IMG/VR virus record: IMGVR_UViG_3300047496_000204
Location: 74,764 to 134,526 of that record
Reading direction: 5' to 3' (one strand)
Length of the DNA: 59,763 nucleotides
Source: a virus
The position numbers were made by a program, and so were the translations under genes. How positions within the stretch are numbered: the first letter of the stretch is position 1; the number at the start of each line of letters is the position of its first letter. This document shows positions 37,942-48,475 of the stretch, in pieces. The notes under the pieces were generated by a model, which saw only the letters and a list, made by a program, of their open reading frames with translations, did no database searches and was not told the DNA's origin.

Positions 37942-39408
37942 ATGAAAGATGAATCAGAAGACTTTGGTAAAGAAATTCAAAAACTAATATTGGCGTGTAT
38001 GATTGATGATCATCAATCCTTCGCATTAGCACAAAACATAATAAAATCAGAATACTTTGATGATAACTTGCGGCCAGCGGCTCGTTTTATATTAGAATAT
38101 GCCAACAAATACAAAAAATTACCTACTCGGGTTCTAGTATATGCTGAGACCAACGTTAAGATTATTGAAGATGATGCGTCAAAACTCGGAACATGGTTCA
38201 TTGATAAAATAGAGAAATTTTGTCAATATAGAGCACTTGAGGGTGTAATTCTTGAGAGCATGGAGCTTATAGACCAAGGCAAAGGCGGCGAAGTTCAGAG
38301 ACGCATCAAAGCGGCTATGGAAATTAGTTTGGTAAAAGACCTCGGATCAAACTATTGGGATGACATTCAACACAGACTGGAGCGTCTAAAGGATAGAAAA
38401 AATATTGTCAGTTCCGGATGGAAAACCTTAGATGACAAGCTTTACGGTGGTTTTGAAAGAGGGTCATTGAACATTTTCTGTGCTCCATCTGGACAAGGAA
38501 AAAGTTTATTTCTACAAAATATAGCAAGAAATTGGTCAATAGCTGGAAAAAATGTCATTTATATATCGTTAGAACTAGGCGAAGATTTAATAAATCTTCG
38601 CCTTGATGCTATGATAACAAATCAAAGCACTTCTGAAGCGTTAAAAGGGCCTAAAAATACCGCCTTAAAAGCGGCCATGATATCCAAACAAACCAAAATC
38701 GGCAAGCTGATGGTAAAACGATTGCCAGAAGCAGGAACAACCTGTAATACTATAGCGGCCTATGTAAAAGAGTTTGAAATACAAGAAGGCATTAAACCTG
38801 ATGGCTTAATCGTAGATTATCTTGATTTGCTTTATCCGAACAATGATAAGTTAGATGTTTCCAATTTATGGGTCAAAGACAAATATGTAGCTGAAGAATT
38901 AAGAAGCGTTGCCGGTGATTTAAATATTCCTTGTGTTAGTGCTTCACAATTAGGGCGGACGGCAATCGAAGCACAAGAATATGATAATAGTCACATTGCC
39001 GGTGGAATATCTAAGATAAATACTGCGGATAATGTGTTTGGTATTTATACTTCTATGAGTATGAAAGACAGAGGAGTTTTTCAGCTACAATTTTTGAAAA
39101 CAAGGACTTCTTCTTCCGTTGGGCAAAAGATTGAGCTGGCCTATAATACTTCAACGATGGCGATTGATGACTTACCGGAGGATAATTCCAAAATTCTAAA
39201 ACCAGAAACTACGGAAGAAATAAAAAAGAAACTTAATGCTCCAACTATAACACCAATTAATGAACCAACTATGTCCATTTCACAAATGGCACATCCAGAA
39301 CATAAAAGTAGAGAACAAATAGAGTCAGAAAAAAAATCATCAAACAATCCAGATATGAACCAAGTTGCCAATTTAATGAATAGAATTAGGAACAAAAATG
39401 AAAACTGA
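37942..39408 (+). CDS. Replicative DNA helicase (T4 gp41/DnaB-like)
   Basis: APSGQGKS, ISLE, IVDYLDL, ASQLGR, KTR. Confidence 0.92.
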   Translation: MKDESEDFGKEIQKLILACMIDDHQSFALAQNIIKSEYFDDNLRPAARFILEYANKYKKLPTRVLVYAETNVKIIEDDASKLGTWFIDKIEKFCQYRALEGVILESMELIDQGKGGEVQRRIKAAMEISLVKDLGSNYWDDIQHRLERLKDRKNIVSSGWKTLDDKLYGGFERGSLNIFCAPSGQGKSLFLQNIARNWSIAGKNVIYISLELGEDLINLRLDAMITNQSTSEALKGPKNTALKAAMISKQTKIGKLMVKRLPEAGTTCNTIAAYVKEFEIQEGIKPDGLIVDYLDLLYPNNDKLDVSNLWVKDKYVAEELRSVAGDLNIPCVSASQLGRTAIEAQEYDNSHIAGGISKINTADNVFGIYTSMSMKDRGVFQLQFLKTRTSSSVGQKIELAYNTSTMAIDDLPEDNSKILKPETTEEIKKKLNAPTITPINEPTMSISQMAHPEHKSREQIESEKKSSNNPDMNQVANLMNRIRNKNEN

Positions 39409-41245
39409 TGAATTAAGAAGCGAGGTTTTGGGACTTGGTTTTGTTGTTGACGGTAAGTCTTATTGCGGAAAACTTAAAAATACAATGTATTCAGACCTTG
39501 TTGAAAAGATTTATGCGGATTTTTACTATATTAATGGACGAAACCCGATTAAGATTTCAGAAGCGATATACTGTCTATATCATATAGTTAAACCTTTTAA
39601 GTGCCTATGTGGAAAAGATACGTCTTTTATAGATTTCAAGAACGGCTATAATAAAAATTGCTCTTCTAGGTGTGCTGCTCTAAATCCAGAAGCTCAGTGG
39701 AAACTTAAACAGACTAATATACTTCGGTATGGAGTAGATAATCCACTAAAAAATCCGCAAATACAAGAACAAATTAGAGAGACTATGAAAACTCGATATG
39801 GTGTAGATAACCCGACAAAAAGTGAAGGTATTCGCAATAAAGCTAAAGAAACTAATAGACAAAGGTATGGTTCCGAATTTGTATTGCAGAATAAAGAGAT
39901 TAGAAAAAAAGGCAAAGATACTATGGTGGAACGATATGGGGTTGACCATCCATTGAAGTCTATTGTTTTTCAAACAAAGCAAAGAGAGACCAACCTTGAC
40001 CGACTTGGGGTAGAATATCCAACTCAAAATGCAACCGTTGTTTCCAAAAGCGTAGAAACGAACTTTAGGCTGCATGGTGTTAAGAATTCGATGCAGCGTG
40101 AGGAAGTTAAAGACAAAGCCAAGGCAACTTGGACTAAAAAATATGGTGTTGACAACCCTATGTTAAACCAAAAGCTAGTCAACGATATGCTTAATAGTAA
40201 TATAAAGAAATATGGAGTTAAAGCAACGAGTCAAGAGCATTATTCTTTTTATGCTCGCGAAATACTTTTCAATAAAGAAAAGTTCAATGATTTTATGAAT
40301 GGAAAATCATTGAACGAAGCCTCTAAAATTTTAGGCATCGATCCAAGCACTGTTGGTGATTATTGTAAAAATTATGACATAGTAATATCGAGATCATCAT
40401 ATGAAACAGAAATAGCGACATTTCTGGACTCTTTAGGCTTACAATACTTAAATAATACTAGATCAATAATACCACCAAAAGAATTGGATTTTTATTTACC
40501 AGATTATAACCTAGCCATAGAATTTAATGGTCTTTATTGGCATTCCCATGAAATAAATGGGAATAAACGTTATCATTTGGATAAATTTTTAAGTTGTCAA
40601 TCTAAAGGTATTCAATTAATTATGATAAATGAAGACGAATGGATTGAACGATCATCAGCTATAAAAAATAAAATCAAAAACGTATGTAAATTGTCTAACA
40701 AAGGTGTATCTGCTAGAAAACTAACAATAAAACAGATACCCAATACTATTGGAAATGAGTTTATGAATCAATATCATATTCAAGGAGAATCATCGGGTGT
40801 TATTATAAGCTTTGGTGCTCATTATGATGACTTACTTGTAGGAGTAATACAATTTTCAAAGCAAAGAAATACGGGTGATATAGAATTAACAAGATTTTGT
40901 TCGGACGATCACACTCATGCGGGAATGTTTAGCAAATTATTATCGTATTCCATTAAATCGCAAGACTATAAAAAAATAATTTCGTTTGCGGATAGAAGAT
41001 ACTCAAAAGGAGATGTTTATGAAAAAAACGGATTTAGTGCCATAAACGTTATTCCTCCAGACTATAGATACATAAAAAACCTCAAAACTTTTCACAAATC
41101 AACTTTTAAAAAAAAGAGGATACAAGAGAAATTCGGCTTAGATGTTACCAATCTAACTGAGTCAGAAGCTATGACGCAATTGGGTTATAGAAAAATATAT
41201 GATTGTGGAAAAATTAAATACGAATGGAAACATAATGAAAACTGA
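39398..41245 (+). CDS. Putative homing endonuclease, paralog of 5593 gene
   Basis: Many YGVDNP repeats, ELDFY..AIEFNGLYWHS, SFADRRYS, IYDCG. Confidence 0.8.
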   Translation: MKTDELRSEVLGLGFVVDGKSYCGKLKNTMYSDLVEKIYADFYYINGRNPIKISEAIYCLYHIVKPFKCLCGKDTSFIDFKNGYNKNCSSRCAALNPEAQWKLKQTNILRYGVDNPLKNPQIQEQIRETMKTRYGVDNPTKSEGIRNKAKETNRQRYGSEFVLQNKEIRKKGKDTMVERYGVDHPLKSIVFQTKQRETNLDRLGVEYPTQNATVVSKSVETNFRLHGVKNSMQREEVKDKAKATWTKKYGVDNPMLNQKLVNDMLNSNIKKYGVKATSQEHYSFYAREILFNKEKFNDFMNGKSLNEASKILGIDPSTVGDYCKNYDIVISRSSYETEIATFLDSLGLQYLNNTRSIIPPKELDFYLPDYNLAIEFNGLYWHSHEINGNKRYHLDKFLSCQSKGIQLIMINEDEWIERSSAIKNKIKNVCKLSNKGVSARKLTIKQIPNTIGNEFMNQYHIQGESSGVIISFGAHYDDLLVGVIQFSKQRNTGDIELTRFCSDDHTHAGMFSKLLSYSIKSQDYKKIISFADRRYSKGDVYEKNGFSAINVIPPDYRYIKNLKTFHKSTFKKKRIQEKFGLDVTNLTESEAMTQLGYRKIYDCGKIKYEWKHNEN

Positions 41246-41516
41246 TTTCAAAGATTTAATAGTAGAGGCAGCGGTTTGCCAAATAGCGGTAGATGATTTT
41301 CACGCCGAAGGCGATGATAATAAAGCAGCCTATTCCGATCTTCAGATCGAACTCTGTAGAGCAAAAATCAATCTAGTCAATTATATTCTCGAAAATCCCA
41401 TGATAAAAATGAAATTGGAGTTGGAGCAAACCAAACGCTTAGCAGATGCTAAGACCAAAGGATTAGTGATGACGCATTGTGTTGACGAAGAAATTTTAAA
41501 GTTACTCATTAAATGA
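41235..41516 (+). CDS. Hypothetical protein
   Basis: Coupled ORF. Confidence 0.55.
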   Translation: MKTDFKDLIVEAAVCQIAVDDFHAEGDDNKAAYSDLQIELCRAKINLVNYILENPMIKMKLELEQTKRLADAKTKGLVMTHCVDEEILKLLIK

Positions 41517-41742
41517 AATATTCATTTGCTACCGTGGCATATGAAGAAGATTATAGTCTTCTACTGCTACAAGCCAAGTCAATAATGGCGGCCCTTTTTT
41601 GGCTATTCATCGAGCAGCTATACTTTTGATGGATGATACCGGACAAACTACACTTGCTAAATTTTGGTTCGAAAAACAACTTTTTAGTAGTATAGATCGC
41701 GGAATACAGTATTTAAAGACTGGTGATATATCTACTTTGTAA
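41513..41742 (+). pseudogene. Possible internally deleted gene remnant
   Basis: Protein-like N-terminus (MKYSFATVAYEEDY..LQAKS) and C-terminus (FLAIHRAA..LAKFW) in different frames. Confidence 0.4.
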
Positions 41743-41772
41743 AGACTTACGCCGACATGTATAAATAATCGA

Positions 41773-42066
41773 ATGAGCATGTCAAACCAACAAATGAAAG
41801 ATTTCATAGAGATCACTGATGACTTGCTGCGCGCATATGTGAGCATGGAGCCAGTAATGATCGTTGAAGATAGCAAACCCATAAAGCCTATGGTGAACCC
41901 AATAATTATGGAATGCAAAGATTTGGTTTTCAAGCTGAGAGCTTTCATGGAGGATGCGAGTAGTGGCGACTATGCTCTTGGTCTTGAGATGGGGATGCAA
42001 CGAGCAGCGGATATGATTGAAAATCTTATTCGTCGCCATGAAAAGGAAGACGATGACCGATCCTAA
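41773..42066 (+). CDS. Late hypothetical protein
   Basis: TAAATA 5 nt upstream. Confidence 0.7.
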   Translation: MSMSNQQMKDFIEITDDLLRAYVSMEPVMIVEDSKPIKPMVNPIIMECKDLVFKLRAFMEDASSGDYALGLEMGMQRAADMIENLIRRHEKEDDDRS

Positions 42067-42316
42067 ATTTAGAAGTTTAGTCGAAGAGCTAACTGATTAC
42101 GCACCAGTTAAGGATCGCGATCTCTTTATTGAGAGCCGTGCTCAACAAGTGCTGGCCAGCGTTAGCCATCTTATGCGTCTCATTCGGGAAAGTTATGATG
42201 TTGAAACCGCTGATGATCTACAGAAACGTTTGATAAATTCTATGAGAACTGATGATGAGAACAAATTCCGTCGTAGAATTAAGCAAATTCGAGAAGCGAA
42301 GGAACCTAAAATATGA
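42053..42316 (+). CDS. Conserved late hypothetical protein
   Basis: SD; RSL.EEL, IESRA, KRL.NS motifs. Confidence 0.75.
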   Translation: MTDPKFRSLVEELTDYAPVKDRDLFIESRAQQVLASVSHLMRLIRESYDVETADDLQKRLINSMRTDDENKFRRRIKQIREAKEPKI

Positions 42317-43533
42317 ATAATATACTTAACGAATTAAGTATTGCTGATCGTTTAAAATATATGGCGACCAATGGAGTTAAAAATGCGGTTGATCGCGCGC
42401 TAACTGTTAGTGGAAGCGGTAAAGCAAGAGGTAGATTAATATTAAGAGCGGGAACCGCTAAACTATATAAAGGTTGGCGTGAATATGTTGGAAGAGAAGA
42501 ATTAGCCGGAAATAAAGATATCGAAGACAATCCAACTATTACTGATTTGGTAAATTATCTGGATACTGCATATAGTTTAAACATGAGTGCCGAAACTATT
42601 GAAAGAATAATGAATGGTGGTGCACCTTCTGAAGAAGAACAATCTTCTGAAAATTCAGAAACAACATCGGATGTTTATAATAAATTAAAGGAATTATTAA
42701 CTAATTTTCATAAACAGAATCCAGCACATTCAATTAAGTTAAGTCAACCAACATTTGATTTTATCCATAGCAAAACAAATATAGATATAGAAAATATCAA
42801 ACAAATTCTACAGAAATTTATAGATGAAGGGTTTTTGAAGGATAATGGTAAAGGATCATATGACATTATTATAGATAATAATCATCCAAGTACTAACGAA
42901 AGTATATCTCGCAGAGAATTCGAATATTTCAAAAACATGTTTAATTCTAATGCTTTATACGAAGATGTAGTATTAATGGAAAAAGCAGAATTTGATCCTA
43001 GAACATTATTTCCGAAAATAGCTAATATTTTAATCAAAAATGGTACGATGACGGTTGATCTTGGTGATGGTAAGGGTGGTTCTACTGGTGGAGGCAACAA
43101 TGCCACATTTGGCGTTAATGCTCAAGAAATGAAAAAGAATCTTGAAACATTTCATTTAACTTCTAAAAATATTGACTTTATAAAAAATACTGATTTGCGG
43201 ATTATTTACAAAAAAACCAGAATCGATTCAGTCGTAACAAACACTGTTATAGGATTAGTATATTCTTTATCGAAATCATGGTCTAACAAGATAGACTCAA
43301 CAAAAAATATTACAGCTAGTGGCAATACAATAGATATGTCAATATTAGTAAAAAGTTTATCAGATCATTTGTACGGCAATTTCAAAGTATTAGAAATAAT
43401 TAAACGTGATACAGACAAAGACAGAAATAAAGCCATATTAGAAATGGAAAAAATATTAAAGGGTAGCTCATCAAAAGCAGAAATGATCTGCGATATAGCT
43501 TATGCCGTAGCACAAGCTATCACAAAGGCATAA
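42313..43533 (+). CDS. Late protein with internal xxE linkers (probable head-associated)
   Basis: MNNILNE leader; TNE/LYE/LME cluster mid-protein. Confidence 0.7.
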   Translation: MNNILNELSIADRLKYMATNGVKNAVDRALTVSGSGKARGRLILRAGTAKLYKGWREYVGREELAGNKDIEDNPTITDLVNYLDTAYSLNMSAETIERIMNGGAPSEEEQSSENSETTSDVYNKLKELLTNFHKQNPAHSIKLSQPTFDFIHSKTNIDIENIKQILQKFIDEGFLKDNGKGSYDIIIDNNHPSTNESISRREFEYFKNMFNSNALYEDVVLMEKAEFDPRTLFPKIANILIKNGTMTVDLGDGKGGSTGGGNNATFGVNAQEMKKNLETFHLTSKNIDFIKNTDLRIIYKKTRIDSVVTNTVIGLVYSLSKSWSNKIDSTKNITASGNTIDMSILVKSLSDHLYGNFKVLEIIKRDTDKDRNKAILEMEKILKGSSSKAEMICDIAYAVAQAITKA

Positions 43534-43534
43534 T

Positions 43535-44281
43535 TTGTTTGATTTCATTAATACTTTGTCCGAAAGTAGGCTGATAGCATCTAAAGGAAATCTTCTTCGC
43601 TACTCTGCTATGGAACTTGCTGATCTGGCAGTTCTATACTTTTGTGCATTGTATATAATGTATGAAACCAATAGAACTCATGATTTTGCCGAGAACTATG
43701 CGAAAAGAACCATCCAATATGGTGTAAATTTCAACAAATGGCTTAATTCTTCAACTGATCTCTACGTAATTTTATATGGTCTCACGTCAAATGAGCTTGA
43801 CGACCCAGACAGTGAAAAGTTCCTTAAGAACCTACCTTTTGGTCATAATTTACTGATAAAGTGGCTGAGAGGCATTGCCAGTGATAAGCTGCGTGATTCA
43901 GATCACCGCGCGTTCTTTGTTCGTTTGGACTTCAATTTCAAGATCAACAATTCTTCAATCAAAGCAATTCGACGTTTGGTCATGGATTGGAAGAACCTTT
44001 CCCAGCATGAGAAGGGATTGGCGACTACTCGTTTGCTTCAATTGCTACGAGCGCGGGCACCTAAAAGTGAAATCTTGGCCAACTTTATAAACATGGCCAG
44101 GGATAAAGACTTAATTTTGGGCGATGTTTGTGATCCAGAGACAGGTATAGGTTGTGGAAATATAGCTAAAATTGTGGTTAAAGAACCAGAGAAAAAGAAA
44201 AGTAGTTTCCTCATTGCTTTGGCTTCGGTTGCCGCTGGTGTAGCTGTATCTAACATGATTAGTCATAAGGATAAGAAGTAA
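43535..44281 (+). CDS. Probable virion protein, leader MFDFINTLSE
   Basis: 248-aa ORF in late operon. Confidence 0.7.
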   Translation: MFDFINTLSESRLIASKGNLLRYSAMELADLAVLYFCALYIMYETNRTHDFAENYAKRTIQYGVNFNKWLNSSTDLYVILYGLTSNELDDPDSEKFLKNLPFGHNLLIKWLRGIASDKLRDSDHRAFFVRLDFNFKINNSSIKAIRRLVMDWKNLSQHEKGLATTRLLQLLRARAPKSEILANFINMARDKDLILGDVCDPETGIGCGNIAKIVVKEPEKKKSSFLIALASVAAGVAVSNMISHKDKK

Positions 44282-45954
44282 TGCTTGTCCAAGACTTATT
44301 TGAAGGTAGAGATGCCCCACTATATCATGCGACTGATTTGACACACGCTATACATTCAAGCTATGCAAAAATTATTGAACTGGCAAAAAAACATAATATT
44401 CCGATCATTGATCATAGGACTATTGCTAAACAGTCGGTTTCAGAAGCAGTAGAAAAAGTAGCCGTTGATGGTCATCCGGTTATAGTATTGAAAAATCCTA
44501 CTCGTGAACAGTTCTTCAATTTTGCTGAAAAATACCGTGCTATTCGTGGATTACTTTCTTACAATGGTAAGAATATTTGGCTTTGGAATGCAGCGGCGGC
44601 TGTTCATTCGACTATGATAATGAAGCTTGGTATAGAATATGTATATTGTGTATTCTATAATGATGGACGCTGGTCGGGACCAGTTGATGATTATGACGAC
44701 AAATATAAGGAAGTTATCGAACGATTGACTCCTAAACCGGCTAGAAAATACGATCCGGGTGAGATTGATGCTATACTCAAAGCATTGGAAGACGATATAT
44801 TTGAAAATGCTTCTGGAGGCGCAACAGGTTCAGCAAGCGTTGCAACAGCCGTTGGAGGTTTAGGGGCTGGGTTTGACAACGACTATAGCAAAAGTATTTA
44901 CGGAAAACAGCCCAAAGCAAAGAAACCCTTGATAATCAAACGAGTTTCCGAAGATATTCTAGATGAAATTACACTCATTCCAGATTTCGATGACAATTTG
45001 AATTCTTTTCGTAGAGAAAATAGATACGCGGAATGGGCTATCCCTAAAACCGCCAAAAAGATTGGGGTAATAGGAGAATTCAATCTCTACAAAAATCATG
45101 CCTATGATACAGATACTTACTATCTACTAGACAAAAAGAAATTTCCTATGGGTAAGGCAAATGTAATAAAGACAAATGGTGATTTTTATAAAATATCTCA
45201 CATTTGGTTTGATCCGTCTATTAGAGGCAAAGGATATGGATTCAAGTTCTATGAATATCTATTGAATACTGGTATTTCATTAGTATCTGATTACGATCAA
45301 ACTAGATTTAGTAAAGGTGTTTGGCAAAAACTTGCTCAAAAATATACAGTGAGACCGTTCGATAAATTCAGTGGTAAATTATACACCCCAATAAAAGATA
45401 CTTCATCGATTTACGGAACTGCCAAACTTTTGATCGCCACTAAAAAACCAATGAAGGAATCTCATAAAATTGAAGAAATCAACATCATTGGTGATTTTGA
45501 TGATGACATATTGAGTGATGACAGCACTTATAGAGAAATTATGTGGGCTTTACCAAGCGGTGCTAAAAAAGTTGGTAAAATCGGTGATCTCGATATTTTC
45601 AAGGACAATGATAATTATTTTATAGTTGATGATACGAAAAAGACCATGGGTAAAGCTACTATTGCTAAATTAGTTGGAGGATACAAGGTGTCGAACATAC
45701 TGTTTGATCCATCTATTAGAGGTAAAGGTTATGGTTTCAAATTCTATGAATACTTACTGGATAAAGGCATTTCTATAATTTCTGATAAGAAACAAACCAG
45801 ATTTAGTCAAAAAATTTGGCAAAAACTTGCTCAAAAATATACAGTGAGACCTTATATAAACGGACGAAAAGGCGATCCAGTAGACGACCTATCAAAGTTT
45901 TATGACCACTCCAATAAAACCGTCTTGTTGATCGCCTCAATAAATCTAAGGTAG
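44281..45954 (+). CDS. Late polyprotein: truncated YHxT module, YVW-H-like domain, Gly/Ala motif, two GNAT domains; leader MLVQDLFE
   Basis: FDPSIRGKGYGFKFYEYLL twice; VSE, IFE, LDE, IEE linkers; 37-bp identical repeat 45320-45356/45815-45851. Confidence 0.8.
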   Translation: MLVQDLFEGRDAPLYHATDLTHAIHSSYAKIIELAKKHNIPIIDHRTIAKQSVSEAVEKVAVDGHPVIVLKNPTREQFFNFAEKYRAIRGLLSYNGKNIWLWNAAAAVHSTMIMKLGIEYVYCVFYNDGRWSGPVDDYDDKYKEVIERLTPKPARKYDPGEIDAILKALEDDIFENASGGATGSASVATAVGGLGAGFDNDYSKSIYGKQPKAKKPLIIKRVSEDILDEITLIPDFDDNLNSFRRENRYAEWAIPKTAKKIGVIGEFNLYKNHAYDTDTYYLLDKKKFPMGKANVIKTNGDFYKISHIWFDPSIRGKGYGFKFYEYLLNTGISLVSDYDQTRFSKGVWQKLAQKYTVRPFDKFSGKLYTPIKDTSSIYGTAKLLIATKKPMKESHKIEEINIIGDFDDDILSDDSTYREIMWALPSGAKKVGKIGDLDIFKDNDNYFIVDDTKKTMGKATIAKLVGGYKVSNILFDPSIRGKGYGFKFYEYLLDKGISIISDKKQTRFSQKIWQKLAQKYTVRPYINGRKGDPVDDLSKFYDHSNKTVLLIASINLR

Positions 45955-46845
45955 TTTGAAATCGCTTTCCCATATTTGAACTAAATTATATCCAGAAGAT
46001 TCAATATCTTTGATTTTCTGAATAGTCCGCGAATAAAGATAACCATAAGATTTTTTAATTACTGGATGAATAGCGGCTTGATCAAACTTATTTGGATTAC
46101 CGTGCCAATAATCACCCCAAAATTCATACGCAGTATTAGTGAGTGGATTAAAACCATCAACTTTAACATACTTCCCTGTATGCAGTTTAAGTTTTAATTG
46201 TCGATGTTCTTTATCATCCGGAAGACCAAGAGAGTTAAGCCATTTTGTTTCGCCTTTACTGATAATTTTCGAACATTTTGGACAACCATGATTTGCCAAA
46301 TGATTATCTATGGTTTGATTAAAGATTTTATGGATTGGGCATATTATTTCTATTTTTTGTTTGTTTGACAGATAATCAAAATTTGAATATGAATATTTAT
46401 TTTTATGAATAATGGAAGATTTTTTTACAAAATTATTGAAATTGGATTTTAACGTGCCACCACATACATTACAACCGTATCCTTGAAGATGCTCTCTGGG
46501 CATCTGCGTAAAATAATCATTATGTTTTTTACAAAATATTTCTATCGGTGTAATGCTGTTTACATAAAAATCATATCTATAAATATTTCCATGTATAGAA
46601 AATGCTTTTTCTACAAAATCTTGTAATGACCTTCTTTGTTTATTAGTAGTTTTTTGACGACCGCAATCATTGCAACCACATCCAGAAATATGACTGTAAG
46701 CTTCTTGCCAGAAATAACCATGTTTTTTACAACCAATTTCTATTTTTTTCTTAGCCGTAAAATATTGCACTCTTGTATAATCATACTGATTTGAGTGAAT
46801 TTTCCGAGCACGCTCTATAAATTCTTCTGTTGTTAGACTTTTCAT
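45946..46845 (-). CDS. Putative homing endonuclease (Zn-ribbon repeats + PD-(D/E)xK)
   Basis: I.C..HG.F.Q...H..G.GC..C x3; VDG..YEFWGDYWHGNP. Confidence 0.8.
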   Translation of the reverse strand: MKSLTTEEFIERARKIHSNQYDYTRVQYFTAKKKIEIGCKKHGYFWQEAYSHISGCGCNDCGRQKTTNKQRRSLQDFVEKAFSIHGNIYRYDFYVNSITPIEIFCKKHNDYFTQMPREHLQGYGCNVCGGTLKSNFNNFVKKSSIIHKNKYSYSNFDYLSNKQKIEIICPIHKIFNQTIDNHLANHGCPKCSKIISKGETKWLNSLGLPDDKEHRQLKLKLHTGKYVKVDGFNPLTNTAYEFWGDYWHGNPNKFDQAAIHPVIKKSYGYLYSRTIQKIKDIESSGYNLVQIWESDFKLP

Positions 46846-46916
46846 ATGTTATTTTCATAATATTTAGAATTAAGATAAATAACTTTATCACTCCTTAAAT
46901 AAAAAGGAAATATAAA

Positions 46917-47387
46917 ATGTCTTTGTCTTCTAATCGTGTAAACGGATTTGCAATAAGTCCCGCTGAGCATCTGACTTCTAATGTTCAATTTTTTACTATC
47001 AATACTTCAGTTGATTTGGCTAACACTTTGGCCACAAATGCTGTCGCTACAGTTGCCTTGCTTCCAGCGGCATTAGCTAATAATGCGCTTGCATATGTTA
47101 ATGGCGCAACTGCTTTGGATAAACTGATCGAAATTTTCTCTCTACGTGGTCAACCAGTAATCATGGCTCCAATCACGTTCGCGTCGGCTACTGGCTATAC
47201 TCTGTCTCTGATGTCCGAGCACAATGGTTCATGGTCACTGACTGGTTCTTTCACTGTTGATAACTCTGCGGTTGATTTGGCGGCGGCTCTAAATGCAGGC
47301 GGCGTTGATTATGGTTTCGCTATCCCAGCAGCGAACGTAGTTGTTTCATCGTCTCTGTTTCCAGCATATCCGGTTTTTATCGAGTAA
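46917..47387 (+). CDS. Ala-rich probable abundant virion protein
   Basis: Two TAAATA, strong SD, own terminator. Confidence 0.65.
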   Translation: MSLSSNRVNGFAISPAEHLTSNVQFFTINTSVDLANTLATNAVATVALLPAALANNALAYVNGATALDKLIEIFSLRGQPVIMAPITFASATGYTLSLMSEHNGSWSLTGSFTVDNSAVDLAAALNAGGVDYGFAIPAANVVVSSSLFPAYPVFIE

Positions 47388-47412
47388 TTTTACTCACATT
47401 TATCGAAAATAC

Positions 47413-47441
47413 AAAAACCCTGTCCGTTGGACAGGGTTTTT
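47413..47441. terminator. Bidirectional intrinsic terminator
   Basis: aaaaaccctgtcc-gtt-ggacagggttttt. Confidence 0.9.
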
Positions 47442-47478
47442 TATTGAAAATTTATCTCGATCTTTAGTATAATTTGTT

Positions 47479-48381
47479 ATGAAAAGACTGTCAAATGAAG
47501 AATTTATCGAAAAAATAAATCTCATACATCCTGGAAAATATCAATATCCAGAAAAATATATCAATTCTCGACAAAAAATAAAAATTATTTGTCCAACTCA
47601 TGGATCATTTTTTCAGCTAGTTTCGGATCATTTAGGCGGTCATGGATGTAAAGATTGTGCTCATAATAGACCGTTAGATACTAACAAATTTGTTGAATTA
47701 TCTATTAATATTCATAGAAATAGATATAATTATGATTTTGTATCATATAAGAATTCTTCTACTTATGTAAAGATAAAATGTTCTATACATGGTATATTTT
47801 TACAAAAACCAAACTCTCATCTTCAAGGAGAGGGATGTCCTAAATGTGGCAATCAATTGATATCTGAACTAAAAACTTCAAATATAGATGAGTTTATTCT
47901 AAAAGCCAATGCTATTCATAATAATAAATATAGCTATACAAATTCTATTTATATTGATAGTTATACTAAAATAGAAATAATTTGTTCTCAACATGGCAAA
48001 TTTTGGCAAAAACCAAATGCTCATATGCAAAACGCTGGTTGTCCAAAATGTGCTGGAAGAATAAGCAAGAAAGAATTGGCATGGCTTGATTTTGTTGGAG
48101 TTCCAGATGATAAACAGCATCGCCAAGTAAAATTGCCGTTTCATAGCGGAAGAAAATATAAAGTAGATGGATATGATCCGTCTACAAATACAGTGTATGA
48201 ATTCTGGGGAGATTATTTTCATGGTAATCCACGAACTCGCGGAAAAGACCCAGAGGCTATGAATAAAAAATTAAAGAAAACATTCGGTCAATTATATGAG
48301 GAGACCTTACAAAAAATCAGAGATATTGAAGTCTCTGGTTACAAATTAATTTATATTTGGGAAGATGAATTTTGCAATTAA
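47479..48381 (+). CDS. Putative homing endonuclease, paralog of 45946 gene
   Basis: Same repeat and nuclease motifs. Confidence 0.8.
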   Translation: MKRLSNEEFIEKINLIHPGKYQYPEKYINSRQKIKIICPTHGSFFQLVSDHLGGHGCKDCAHNRPLDTNKFVELSINIHRNRYNYDFVSYKNSSTYVKIKCSIHGIFLQKPNSHLQGEGCPKCGNQLISELKTSNIDEFILKANAIHNNKYSYTNSIYIDSYTKIEIICSQHGKFWQKPNAHMQNAGCPKCAGRISKKELAWLDFVGVPDDKQHRQVKLPFHSGRKYKVDGYDPSTNTVYEFWGDYFHGNPRTRGKDPEAMNKKLKKTFGQLYEETLQKIRDIEVSGYKLIYIWEDEFCN

Positions 48382-48475
48382 ATATTGACTTAATCGTTTT
48401 TGTTCATTTATAAATTGTCAATGTGATGCCTTTTCAGGGTCACATTAACTTTTTTGCTTATAAAGGAAAAACGAA

